Below, in pieces: positions 38,790-52,021 of a stretch of DNA of 64,000 nt. The first letter of the stretch is position 1; every line of letters starts with the position of its first letter. Under the pieces are notes generated by a model, which worked only from the letters and a program-made list of their open reading frames with translations, had not been told where the DNA came from and did not search any database. The stretch lies in NCBI RefSeq assembly GCF_018350175.1, contig NC_058368.1, positions 162,132,001 through 162,196,000 of the forward strand, written 5' to 3'. The position numbers and the translations under genes were made by a program. This DNA is from Felis catus (lineage: Eukaryota).

Positions 38790-39095
38790 ATGTACGGTGG
38801 CTCTCACTAACCCTTGGATTAGGGTTATGTGACTCAGTGTCTTAAACATGAATGGAAGAGAGAGTTATTACTTTGGCATAAAGTTTTAAGAATTAGTGCA
38901 TGACTCACCACATCCTGCCTTTCTCTTTATAATAGCAACTTGCAATATGTCAGATAGCCAGCCTAATCCTAGAATCCGAAAGATGAGCTGACTAGAGGCA
39001 GTAATGATGCAACATGAGAAAAAAATTTAAGTATTTGCTGAGATCGTGGACTTGTTTATTACCACAGTGTAACCAGCTTTTCCTTTTCTCACACA
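38790..39095 (+). mobile_element. Old MaLR LTR (MLT1I/J-like)
   Basis: aagttttaagaattagtgcatgactcaccacat...caacatgagaaaaaaat...gctgagatcgtggacttgtttattaccacagtgtaacc. Confidence 0.7.
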
Positions 39096-39293
39096 AAACA
39101 AAGAACAGACTTTCTTGTATATAAAAATGCAAAAAAAAAGTGTAAAATGGAGAAGGGACCCTAAAATTATCAATGCTTATTTAAATAATGAGCTCAACTC
39201 ATCTAACTCTTTGTTGCTTACTGGATTTTAGGAAAATGCTGCCAGAATAAATATAACAAATAAATTATTTCAGCTAAAAGAAAAAAAACTGAG
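38957..39293 (+). repeat. Likely source copy of the inverted duplication at 30168-30513
   Basis: Continuous with upstream MLT1 sequence here. Contains AATAAA at 39246 and 39259 and ends at an A-rich tract. Confidence 0.95.
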
Positions 39294-40624
39294 AAAAAAA
39301 AGTTCTGTTACCATTAATTTCTATTCCAAATTCCTTCAGTCAATGCCTGCAATATTCAGTGACTGTGCATGATACAACCATCCCAAAATTAAAAGGGCAA
39401 ACATATAAGTTTCCATCTTTATTTCCATACTATTCAATAACATTTCTTCTATTATATACATGAGAAAATCAATAAGCTTCAAAAGAAGTAAGACTACATT
39501 TTAAAGTAGATAACAAATTCTTCTTATTTTTTAGTTAGATTTCTAAAATTTAAGACAAGCTGATCACAGCCTTCATTGGACATAAACCTTCTGACAGATA
39601 TATTATCATGGAAATTTCTACAAATAGTAAACCTGTAATTAAAATAACCCACCAGGCACCTTTCCTATCAAAGATTTTTTTTTCCCTTTCTCTAGAACAA
39701 TATAATGAGGGTCCCATGCTCTGTGAACTCTGAGGGACTTTTATGAACTCCTAGAGTCAATAAACAAAAATATTTGAGTTTGTGACATTGTGGTATTTTG
39801 AGGGTATTGAGGACAAATATGGATATGGCAGTATTTTAATTCTTTTCCCACTCTATTATACTATATTATCACAATGCAGTTGGTAATATTGTCCATATGA
39901 TTAGAAACTAATTGGCCTAAGCCTTCATTTTACAATCAAATCCACTTGTAGGTTGTCAAATCTACTTATAGTGCGGTAGTTGTCATTTACATAAAATAAA
40001 ATGTGAGAATCTTATTATCTGAAAAATTGGTTCAGCAGCATGTTTGTGCTGTGTTATGTACATATATGCCTAATGATTTACAATGTAAATGCCTGTTTTT
40101 GCTTGAAGAGGTTGGTCACCAAATAAGTTTAAATCCACTTACCTGAACTAGCCAGTGTAAATAATCCAATTCTGTCGCTAGAGATTCATTTAGAACGGGG
40201 CAGACTTAAACCAATCACTTCTTGGAAATCCTGTGGATACATAAATTAGTACTATAGAAGATTTACAAAGGACCTTCCCTTCTCTCTTTGAAGAAAAGCT
40301 TTAGAAATGATTTTTGGCCTTTCTTTTGTAAATTGAGTGTGAATACATACAGGCTAGAATAACTGTAGTGTTTTAGATGTCAGCCTGAAGTTCAAATTCC
40401 CACAAAGTGTTTCAGAGCAACACAGGCAGAGCCTTGATATTTGATATCAAGCCTTTGATAATAACAGCCAGATTGTTTATTTTCCCCTCAACTTCCTCAA
40501 TTGTCTCTCGTGTTTAAGCTAGATAACCAAGAATGACAGCAATCAAAATATTCAACATAAAATGTATCATATGTCATATGGAACCAGCGTAATAGGAAAC
40601 TTTATAATATCTGCCATGGTCATG

Positions 40625-41030
40625 AAGTAATAAGTTCAGTTGCATTTAAAGAAAAACTAAATAATGATAGAAAAATAACATGGTGTGTTACTATTTTCAA
40701 GTAGAAATAAAGATGAGGCAGAAAATATCATTGTTTCAGAGGCCCTAAGACATCAGATCTAAAGTCTTAGCATGTACTTGGTCATTTCCTTATGGATGTG
40801 TGGGGTGGCAGCTTTATCAACAGACATATTGTTTCCATTTTGTGCAGGAAGAGGAGAAAATGTTGAAAAGATGAAGGAAGGGTAGAAAATGTAGACTTTT
40901 TTTTTTTTTTTTTTTGCTAGGGAAATTAGAGTTAGAACAAAGTGAGAGTTCTCATTAGGAAATAGGAAAAGGATATATTTTGTAAAGGAGCCAGCAGTCT
41001 CTCTATATCAAATGTTCTGTGAACAGAACA
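40625..41030 (-). mobile_element. Old MaLR LTR relic (MLT1J-like)
   Basis: aagttcagttgcatttaaagaaaaactaaataatg start and aggagccagcagtctct end. Confidence 0.45.
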
Positions 41031-41559
41031 AGAAATTTCAGTGTGTGCTGAGAAAACCAAATCTTTCATGTACACCGATGATAAAGGGTGGCAGGGTATT
41101 ACCCATTATTCCAAAGTTAAATAAAATTCTAAGTATTCTAGAAATCCAGGGAAGGGAAAAATATTTCTCCAGATGTCTCAAGGAAGAACACAGAAAACTC
41201 ATTTAGGTTATACAAGATCAAATGCCTCTCTGTGTAAGACAAGGTAAAACTAATTATCCAGGGTCACATTACAAAATGCATAGATCTGCTATATGACAGC
41301 CATAGTTCAAAATACTAGAATTCTAGCAATATCAAGAAAGAAGTAATGATCCACAAGCCAAGTTAAGATTGTTCATTATTCTAAGGAAATACAACTCTCA
41401 ATGATATGGCAGAATGTTTCTCTTGAAATTGCTATATTATACATCTTTAAAGACAATAATGAAAGAAAACTTTTCCTGTGATAGTTACCAACTGAAGAAA
41501 ACTTCATGTCTTAAGATTGCACACTGGAAGAATCTCATGCTGTGAAAATAATTAAGTTC

Positions 41560-41805
41560 ATATGTATTCATATTTTTCTAACTATAGATCTATACCCATA
41601 AGATATATCTATACTTATAGATATATAGATATAGATTACTTATATATATATATATTATATACTCCTATATATATGTATGTGTATATATATATAATTATAG
41701 ATCTATAGATTACTTATATAGAGATAAATTATAGTTATATATTCATACATGATATTAATAGAAAAAATATGTTATATATTTATTTATAGTATTTTATATA
41801 TAAAA
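41560..41805. repeat. TA-rich low-complexity / degenerate (TA)n-(TAGA)n region
   Basis: atagatatatagatatagattacttatatatatatatattatat... Confidence 0.85.
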
Positions 41806-41859
41806 ATAGTTTGGGAAATTTTAAAGCAAAGATTTGGGATCAGAAAACTCTGGATCACA

Positions 41860-44800
41860 CATTTCAACAGAAGTTAATTGCCCACTCAAACAAAAATGAA
41901 AACAGAAAACATTCTTTTCAAGTGCACATGGAATATTTACCAAGATAGACCATAAAACAGTGTCAACTAATTTAAAATGATTTAAAGCATGCAAACATAT
42001 TCTCTGACCACAGTTGAATTTAGTTTGAAGTCAATAAAAGAAAGATATGTATAAAATTCACAAATACTTGGAAATGAAACACATTTCTAAGTAGCCCAAA
42101 AATCAAAAGAGAAACAAAATGAAAATTGCACAATATTTCAAGAGAATTAAAATGAAAAGAAAATCCTAATTTTCAAATGCCCGCTGAAGCAGTACTAAAG
42201 AAATGTATAACAGTAGTGCCTACATTACAAAAGAAAAATATTTTCAAATCAATCATCTCAGTTTCCATCCTATGAAACTAGCAAAGAGTAAACTGAATCC
42301 AAAGTAAGCAGAGAAAAAGACATATTAAATATTAAAGTGAAAAATAATGTAATAGATAATGTAAAAGCAATAAAAAGAGTGATATAATCTAAAAGTAATT
42401 TTTAGGATAACAGAATTGATAAACCTATAGATTGTCAGATCAAGGGGAAAAAAAGAAGAAAAGACAGAAATTACCAATGTGAAAAATGAGAGTTGACATC
42501 ACCAGAGATTCTGCCGACATTAAAGGATAAACAGAGAATATTATTAATAAATTCATGGTATATGAATGACAATGTAGATGAAATGAACTTGACAACGTAG
42601 ATGAAAGGAACATATTCCTTAATGGAGTTTACAGTGAAGATTAAAAAGGTAAACAGATGAGAACAAAAGCCCAGCCCTCAATGGCTTTACTAATGAATTC
42701 TATGAAATACTTAATAAAGAACTACATCAAAATACTTCACATATTCCCAGATAATTGATGAGGAGAGAATACCTCCCAGGCAGACAAAGATGTTACAAGA
42801 AAAGAAAGCTGCAGAACATAGATACAAAAATCTTTAAAGTTTCATTAAGTTGAACCCAACAGTGTATCATAGGGGTTTATCTCAACCCTGGCTTAAAATT
42901 CAAGGATGGCTTAAAATCCAAAAATCAACTAATAAAACCTACCATATTAACACTAAAAAGGAAAACAGAAAACATATAAACATCGCAGTAGATGTACAAA
43001 ATCATTTGACAAAATAAACAATGAAAGAGAAGGGAATTTCCTCAATTTTATAACGTACATCTATAAAAAGCCTGGTAGTATTAATAGCAAACTGAGTGGT
43101 GAAACACTGAATGCTTTCCTCCTAAGATCCTCATTTCTAGTCAACATTATCAAAATCTCAAATTATGAGATTTTAGGCAGTGAAATAAGCCAAAAAGGGC
43201 AATAAAAGTTATCCAGAACAGAGAAGAAGCAATAAAACTCTGTTCCTAGAAGACATGGTCATTTATGTAGAAAATTTTGTAAAACTCACATACAAACAAA
43301 CAAACAAACAAACAAAACCACCACAAAGAAAGTCAATGTAGTAAGTCTGCTGAGTATCAGTAGGCAAGTCTGCCTAGATCAGTAGACAAAAATATCAATT
43401 GTATTTCTATGTACTGGTGACTTATTCAGAAATTGAAATAAAAATAAACCATACAGATAGTATCACAAAATATGTAATCCTTCAGAATAAATTTGATTAA
43501 ATATGCACAAGACAGATAGTGTGAGTACTAAAATCATTTTTGAAAAAAAAAATAAAGAACATCTAAATTAATGGAGTGATAAACTGTGGTCATGTGTAAG
43601 GTCACTTGATATCAAGGTATAAATTATCTCAATATTGATCTATAGATTTTATCTAATCAAATAAAAATCCCAGAAGTGCTTTTTGTCTGTTTGTTTTGTA
43701 AAAATTGTCAAAATTTTTACAATTTTTGACAATGAATGTAGAATCATTTTTTCAATGATTCTAAATTCCATATGGAAATGCAGAGAGCCTAGTATAGTCA
43801 AAACAACTTAGGAAAAGTACAAATATGGAAGACTAATAATACCTTATTTCAAGACTTTCTAAAACTACTTTTGACACAGTGTTATACTGGTCTCATGGGA
43901 ACAGAATATATAGTTTAGAAATACACCCAAACAGAAAAGGATAATTGATTTTTAATGAACATGCAAAAGAATTCAGTGGAGTAAGAACAGTCTTTTCAAC
44001 AAATGGTAATTTAAAAAGAGGATATCTACCTGCAGAGAAAAGTGAAATTTGATCTATACCTTAAATATAAAAAATGATTAACTCAATAAGGATCTAAATG
44101 TATAACCTAAAAGTAAGATCAATAAAAGTAGAGAAAAATTATTTATGACTCTGGATTTCTTAAGGCTGACACAAAAATCTTATTTCATAAAGGAAAAATG
44201 TTAATAAATTGGACTGCATCAAAATTTTAAATGCCTACTCTTCGAAAGGCATTCCCAAGAGAATGAAGAGAAGCCACATGCTGGGAAAACTATTTGCAAA
44301 CCATAAAAAAATTGTATCCAGAATATGTAAAGAACTCCTAAATCTGAAAAAGAAAAAAAACTCAATAAAAAAATAAGCAAAAGTTTAGATGAGACACTTC
44401 ATAAAAAAAGACTGAGGATGGCAAATAAGCTCATGAAAAGTTGTACAATATCATTATGTACTTACAAAGACTGTTATATGAATGTTCATTGCAACTTTAT
44501 TTGCATTAGCCAAAAACTGTAGACAGCAGAATTGCCTATCAACAGGTGAATGGATAAACAAATTTTGGCATAATTGGTATAATAAAATACTTCTAGCAAT
44601 ATAGAGGAGCAGACAGCTACATGCAACAACATAAATGAACCTCAACATAATTAGGCTGAATGAAAGGAGTCATACAAAAGGAGAACATCTGCATGGTACC
44701 ATTTACATAAAAATCGAGAAAATGCAAACGTAATCTCTAGTGGTTGCCTAGGAACAGGTAGGGGATGGGAGGAAAAGTATGGAGGGATTATAAATTACAT

Positions 44801-44950
44801 GAGGAGACTTTTAGGGGTGATAGATTCAGGGGGTATTCAATGTTTTATTGTAGTAAAATTTTCCATTGGTATATACTTAGAGCAAAATTTATCAAGTTGT
44901 ACACTTTAAATATCTGTATTTTTTCTCTATTTTACCTCTTTAATTAAAGG
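41860..44950 (+). mobile_element. Ancient L1 (L1M/L1ME-like), about 3.1 kb: degraded ORF2 through 3' UTR with internal deletions
   Basis: 41909-41953 translates to TFFSSAHGIFTKIDH (L1 endonuclease motif), with tctgaccac (SDH) at about 42003. Also caatggctttactaatgaattcta, cagtcttttcaacaaatgg, acaggtgaatggataaacaaa and aagttgtacactttaaata. Many stops and frameshifts. Confidence 0.95.
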
Positions 44951-45044
44951 AACTAAAAATAAAGGACTAGAAAAGGCATATAACAACAAAAATAAATTTT
45001 AAAAAAGACTGTGACAAAGAAAATAATAATGAATCTTAGGTAAA

Positions 45045-45252
45045 TTTCAGTGTTTCATGTATTATCTCATTTAATGCTTCACAACAACATTATGAACTCA
45101 GTATTATAGTTACTTAATTTTACAAAAGAGGAAATTGAGGCACAGAGAGGTTAAATAACTTGCATGTGGTCATTCAGCTATTTAAGAGTAGATACTATAT
45201 TTAAACACTGACAGTTTAGTACTGGAACATACATTTTTAATTACTTTCCTGT
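45045..45252 (-). mobile_element. MIR
   Basis: attatctcatttaat...ttttacaaaagaggaaattgaggcacagagaggttaaataacttgc. Confidence 0.92.
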
Positions 45253-45339
45253 ATTTTCTCTTAATTGCATATATTACACATTTATGCCATTTGTGTTGAT
45301 GATTATGATGATAATGTAAACATTAGTAAGTTGTTAGAA

Positions 45340-45460
45340 ATTCCTCTTACAGAATATGCACTTCATGCAAAGACTGTTTCCTCTTGTAATTCCTCTTGTA
45401 ATTCTCATGCCTACCATACTGTAGAGGCTCATTAATCACATGTTAAACTAATTGATTGGA
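45340..45460 (+). mobile_element. L2 3' end fragment
   Basis: atgcctaccatactgtagaggctcattaatcacatgttaaactaattgattg. Confidence 0.5.
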
Positions 45461-45959
45461 CAAAAAAATGAAAGTCTGTTACTATCACAACTCAGTTGCT
45501 CTATTTTTAATTTTCAAAGATTGGCTCAATCCTTCTAGATGAAAAGATGGGTGGTAATAGTAAGGTAAGGTAGTTTATTGGAATACAAATCAGGACTCCT
45601 GAATCTTATTTTCTAGGCAAAATTATTTCTGACAAAGTGGATATCAATGCCTCTTCCAAGCAGCTATTTCCTTTTCAGTGAAATTGAGCAGTTAGAAAGG
45701 ACTTCCAGCACCAAAATTTAATTTTTGCAGCAAAATATTCTTTCCTCTATCTGCACCTCCTAGAAACACATCTATATTTAGAGTAACAAGAAATGTGATT
45801 TCAAGACTCATAAAATAAATGAAGTCCAGTGTCTTTTTCAAAATATAAAATTCTGACTCTTTAAAATTTAAAATAAGGAAGACCCTTCCTATCTTTTTCA
45901 GGTTACTAATTTCCTATACCTTGAATTTCTTCTCTATCCTCAAACAATGGAAGGTCCCC

Positions 45960-46210
45960 TTGAATTCACTCGTTAAAGTCTATTTCAGTCTCCATCTCTT
46001 AGAGTTTCCCATTCTTTCAGTCAAAATTAGTCACTGTCTTCCTTGTGCTTTCCTAGTCTATTGCGTATAACCATGTTCTTATAGTTTTTCACATTTGGTC
46101 TTAATTGATTATGGAAGTATTTGTCTTCTCCACCAGAAAGTATTTTCTGGAAGCAAAGAGCTGTGCATCATCCATCTCTGAATTCGAAATTCTTTGCTCA
46201 TAATTGGCTT
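45960..46210 (+). mobile_element. L2 fragment
   Basis: aattagtcactgtcttccttgtgctt...tttgtcttctccaccaga...ctggaagcaaagagctgtg. Confidence 0.55.
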
Positions 46211-46955
46211 TCAAAATTTGGCACGTTACCATTAATTTCACACTTTCTTTTTTGGAAGTGGTAGCAATAAATTATATACCTTTTTAATTTAGCCTTTTAA
46301 ACTTAATTCCCTGGCCCTGGTCAATAAGTGAATCCATTCTCAGGAAGGGAAGCAGCAAGAGTTTTACTGCAGATGGTATAGCAGGTGTCTTTCTGCATCA
46401 AGCTCTGAAATTCTCTGAAAAAAAACCTATTAAGAAATATGTATTGAAAATAAAAGCCCATCCTCACAAAGAATTTTTTTTAATCACTTCTCTTCTGGCC
46501 AAAAGATAGCTTTGGACATTTCAGTATGCTAGAATCTCCTGCGCTTTTTTTCTCTGAAATCCACCGCACAAGAAAGCCTAGCTGTCATAATTCTAGACTT
46601 ATATTGAAATTTATTTTGACTTAATGTTCCATTTTGTGTTAAACCAGACCCCAGAAGAGACGAGAAACAAAGTTCTGATTCAGCTACGTTATACCTTAGA
46701 GCAAGCCAACTGTCAAAATAGGGCAATAAAACCTATGAGTGTATATCATGAAGCAAGCATGACCAACACGTAGACATTTGCCTTAAATACTCAGGAGGTT
46801 TTATGATGATAAACAACATAATGTGGCTAGAAAAGGCTTATCGTCTCTTAAATTCTTGAGCAATTTCAAGTACTTTCTAGCCTGCATTTTTTCTCAGGAA
46901 ACATGGCGATGTTAGTGACAAACACGAAAATGCCCATTAAGAATAATCAAGAACT

Positions 46956-47172
46956 GGGGCGCATGGGTGGTTCGGTCAGTTGGGTGCCTGACTTTGGCTC
47001 AGATTACGATCTCATGGTCTATGAGTCTGAGCCCCACGTTGGGCTCTGTGCTGACAGTTCGAGAGCCTGGAGCCTGCTTCGGATTCTGTCTCTCTCTCTC
47101 TCTGCCCCTCCCCTGCTCAAGCTCTGTCTCTGTCTCTCTCAAAAGTGAATAAACATTAAAAAAAAAAAAAAG
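46956..47172 (+). mobile_element. Can-SINE
   Basis: Full SINE with TSD aatcaagaact at 46945-46955 and 47176-47186. Confidence 0.97.
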
Positions 47173-47936
47173 GAGAATCAAGAACTTGTTGATTCGTTAT
47201 GTATATACTTGACAAGAATAGATGGTATTCCAGCCATTCGTTTAGATTATGTTGGACATTTTAAAGTGGAAACAGAAATGGTAGTTTTTCATGAAGGGCT
47301 CACATGCCATATATAAAATCATAGTAACTATTTCTTCCCACACATATGCCCTACAGAGAGGCTTCCCTGCATTGGGACTCTAGAGGTGGGTAAGGGGGCT
47401 AGGTGTGACGAAGACTGGAGTTTTCTGGAGAGGTGACATGAGCCAGACTTGTTACAAATGTGTCTGACACAAGGAGTCTGGTGTTTGGTCACCCAGGTGT
47501 TTCTCGTTGTAGGATGTACCACCATCCTGTAGAATTCCCAAGATCCTGGGAGATGGGCCTTCCTCTGGAAAGAGTGGTCGTGGAGGCAAAGCCTCAGGTC
47601 TGATTCCTCCATTCTCTGAGCCACTATGGCGCTCAAAGCATCCCAGCCTATCCTTTCCCTGCCCTCCATGAGGACTCATACTTACTCTCCCCCCACATGC
47701 CCGGAGCCACATAACACACTTTGCAGGCTCCAGCTACATCTTGTTGACCTTCTTTTTGCCCTGTTTACATTCATGGAAAATCCCACACTCCCAACCACCC
47801 TGACCGTGTCCAAGCTTCTGCCAACAGGCATCCCATATAGAAAAAACTAAATTAAATTAAATTAAAAGATTTGAAAATTGTATTTATTATCATCAAAGTC
47901 GTCTTTTGATTCTCTGTTTTAACAAATGCTTTCCTC

Positions 47937-48072
47937 GGGGCACCTGGGTGGCTCAGTCCATTGAGCATCTATCTGGCTCTTGATTTTGACTTAGGTCTTG
48001 ATCTCAGTCAGGGTTTGTGAGTTCAAGCCCTGTCTCGGGCTCTGCGCTGACACTGTGGAGCTGCCTTGGGAT

Positions 48073-48111
<39 letters not shown>

Positions 48112-48165
48112 GTCTGTCTTTCTGCCCCTCCCCACTCTCAAAAATGAATAAATAAACATTAAAAA
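47937..48165 (+). mobile_element. Can-SINE
   Basis: ggggcacctgggtggctcagtc, long (CT)n and aataaataaacattaaaaa tail. Confidence 0.96.
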
Positions 48166-48304
48166 CAGCCACTGTTAAAAAAGCTTTGCTAAATGTAGTA
48201 AACTATTTAGATAACATAACCACTGTTAAAGTAAAAGTATTCTTTAAGTCCTCTCCATTGCTTGAAAAATGTATATATTAGTAAAGAATATGAGGTCATA
48301 GAAT

Positions 48305-48530
48305 TTTTAAAAATTTTTTTAATGTTTATTTACTTTTGAGAGAGAGAGAGACAGAGACAGAGCATGAGCAGGGGAGGGGCAGAGAGGGAGGAAGACACAG
48401 GGTCTGAAGCAGGCTCCAGGCCTGTGCTCCATCAGCACAGAGCCCAATGCAGGGCTCGATCTAACAAGCTGTGAAATCATGACCTGAGCTGAAGTCAGAT
48501 GTTCAACCAACTGAGCTACCTAGGCACCCC
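48305..48530 (-). mobile_element. Can-SINE
   Basis: Full antisense SINE with agaattttt on both flanks. Confidence 0.96.
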
Positions 48531-48535
48531 CAGAA

Positions 48536-48738
48536 TTTTTCTTTATTTATTTTTGAGAGAGAGAGAGAAAGAGAGCATGAGCAGGGGAGAGGGACAGAGG
48601 GAGAAATAGTGTGAATCTTAAGGAGGTTCCATGCTCAGTGTGAGCCCAATGTGGAGCTCAATCCCATGACCCTAGGATCATGACCTGAGCCAAGATCAAG
48701 AGTTGGACACTAAACAAACTTAGCCACCCAAGTGCCCC
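48536..48738 (-). mobile_element. Can-SINE (older subfamily), tandem to the previous copy
   Basis: gaatcttaaggaggttccatgctcag...gatcatgacctgagccaagatcaagagttggac...gccacccaagtgcccc. Confidence 0.95.
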
Positions 48739-49504
48739 AGAGTGAATTACCTATAGAGATACTATACAAGTCTATTTATCCCTGATCCAACCTTCTGCCA
48801 AAATAAAATGTATTATTCTAATTATATAATGAGGATATTTTTGCCTTGGGTGTTTATAACATGCTGAATCAGAATCAAGCACTAAATAATTTCTCTGTCT
48901 TTGCTGCGAATTTATTACCAATATATCTTTCACTTAGTTGTGCCAAGCATTATGCTAAGCAATTCATGATTACTGAGCAGAATGATTAGTAAAAATAAAA
49001 TAACATATTTCAAAGTTATCATTTATGTATAGAAAAAAAGTATTCCTCAAAGAAAATATAAAAATAGAGATTTTATATTAAATACTTTGTATCTCTTTTA
49101 TCAAAATGCTAATCTGAATGATACATTGCTAAATTCAAAGTGTCTTTGATTGCTTAAAAACTTGTAAAAACAGAATATGTTGTAATTTTACATCAAATAC
49201 ATTTAAAATATATTTAACTATTCTCTGTAGCACCAGAAATTTTAGAGAACTTCATAGAAAAAAAGAGAAAAGGAAATAATTTTGACATGTAACATATTAC
49301 TCTATCATCATGACCTGTGTCTTCCTTTTTTTTCTTTATTTTTGAGTAAGTGAAGTACATGATACAGTAACATGATGAATAATTTGGGAACACATAACTT
49401 TTGAATTTCAGATTAGGCAGTTTACTTTAGTAAAAAAAATACATAAAATTAGTGTTACTGGAACACAGACTATATTTTCTCTAAGTAGAAGTTATTCATT
49501 GGTC

Positions 49505-49753
49505 TGTTTTATTTAATTTTTTAAATATTTTTTAAACTTTTAATTTTTTTAAATGTTTGTTTATTTTTGAGAGAGACAGAGACAGAGCGTGAGCAGAGGA
49601 GGGACCAGAGAGAGGGAGACACATTATTCGAAGCAGGCTCCAGGCTCTGAAGTATCAGCACAGAGCCCAACACTGTGCTCGAACTCACAAACTGGGAGAT
49701 CACGACATGAGTGGAAGTTGGATGTTCAACCAACTGAGCCACCCAGGCGCCCC
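49505..49753 (-). mobile_element. Can-SINE
   Basis: Full antisense SINE with a long patterned tail and TSD tagaagttatt. Confidence 0.97.
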
Positions 49754-52021
49754 AATAGAAGTTATTAATTAAAAAAACAAAGTTATTAATTTGCATCTCC
49801 TTCTTTGCAGTTCTCTTATCTATTTCTTCGTACATTCTTATTTCTTCATGGACGTTTTTGCTCCTTTTTTAATTTTAACTTAAAAATAACCATAACTGTA
49901 TCCACTCCCTATATAATATGGTGAGGTTTTTATCCATGGTGTTGACATTCATTATATATGGCTTCTCTATATGCTTATTATTTTCTGACTTGCCCTGTAC
50001 TATATATAGTCTTTATTTAATAATTAATCATTGAGTGCCAATAATATTTGAGATCTGTTTTGAATAGCCAAAAATGTTACCAGCCAAATTTAATAATCTA
50101 TGCACTGCCAAGAAAATCAGTTAACACAAAGAGGTGAAAACAGATATAGGAAGGGGGTAAAAAGCAGTTATTTTAAAGTGAAGGATAAATTGCCTAATGA
50201 ATTTGTTTTTCAGATTTGGAAGACAGTTATTTCCTAATTTGAAGAGAGAAGGATGACCAGGGAAATGTGCTATACAGGTAACAAAACATTTGAAGTCATT
50301 TTTGTACATTTTTATTTCTGCAACTCAAATGAAAAAACTAGAGATACAATTCTTTAGGAGTATAAAATTGTTTGTAGGAATGACTCTGTTGGTCAGCAAA
50401 CCCATTAGAAGTGATTTGGTAGACAAAAGCTTGTGCTATAGAGGCCACGTTGGAGAGAAACGTAATTAGCATGTCTTCATTGATTATAAGGCTAGCAACT
50501 CTGAAAAGAAGAAAAGGCTTGAAGAAAAAGAGGAGTACTATTATATTATCGAAATAGAACATGTAATGAAAGCTTCTTGCTATATGTTCCTAGAAACCAA
50601 CAAATGATTTACAGATACTTTCTCCTGGAGTCTTTTAACTAAAGGGTCATTAATCTCCTCCATGCTTTCACACATTGAAAGCCAAGAAAAGATTTCTTGT
50701 AAGAACAATAGCATTGTTTTGCATTTTAGCTCAAGGGTGTGGACTTTGATATGTTGTTTGTTCTTTCAACTAATTATTTCTTACACCCCCAAGTTATTTT
50801 TGTCAGCATTAATTTCAAAAACATTGTAAAAAAAGAGGAATAAGCACAATAGAGTTGGAAAGGCCTCCTGTCTATGAGAGTAAGCACCAGCCTGTGATGT
50901 CAGGACACTGGAAGACTATTCTAGAAGAAAAGAAATGCCCTGAAATTTCCACCATGAAAAGCATGAGTTACTCTACAGGTTATTGGACAAATGGTCCATT
51001 GTGCTCAGGGTTAGATGTTCTGTTCTTAGAGAACTAAACATAAAACACAAGTTGGATGAAGCTTTAAAATGTGATAAATTGCAGTCGTGAGTCTAGTGAA
51101 AAACCATATGATACTAGCACTAAATTTTTATTGATTATTTCTGAGTTTTGAAAAGGATGAGGTACATACTTTTCCACACACTTTGTCATTAGCTAATGGC
51201 AGAAGTGTTCCTCCACCATAGTTAATTATTGTTAAATTAGGGAGAAAAAGTCTTTCATTCTATACATATTTTTTTTTCAAATTAAAAAATGTAAATTTTA
51301 ATGCATCATTCTTGAATAACTCACATTATACTAACTTTTTATGATTTGAGGTTTCAATTCAGTATAATTCTTTAAGCCTATTTTGTTTAACATTCTAAAA
51401 ATGTTTCAGTGATATACTTTTCTCATATTATTTCCATATTCAAACAGAACTTTTTTTGATTTCTAGTAAATGAATGGATCACATAATTTTGCATAGCAAC
51501 AGATAGGAGTACGAAAGTTCCTACATAATACCAAGTCACCTTTCAGATCTCAATGTTATCATTGCCTCTCTAAGGTCTTCCCTGATTAACCATTCCTAAC
51601 AGGTTAACTTCCTCAATTTTGCAATCTCATCACACATTTGTAAAGTTTTCATAAATGAAATATTTTTCATCTGTATTGAATTTTAACTAAGTTAAATATT
51701 CATACAGTTTTAAAAATCAAATGGTTTTATAAAAGTCCTTGAGAGAAGATTCTACCCCTCAGTTACTCTTCTATAAACACATCTTTTAAATCTTTTAGCC
51801 AATTATTTTGACATTTACCTACATATCTCTAAATAATAAACTTTTTTTTTACCTTGTCATTATTTATTTACTTTCCACTATGGAAAAGAATGGAGAATAT
51901 TTCTCTCTCTTCTCTCCTCTCCATACACAAACATATTTTCTCTATGTCCTCTTCTCATATCACCAATATGATTATATCTATACAGATTAGAGAAATAGTG
52001 AGTATTTACATTTTTTATTAA

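Noticed and set aside
41860..44950. L1 as a possibly active or domesticated ORF2
   Set aside because: Numerous stops, frameshifts and internal deletions; no long plus-strand ORF
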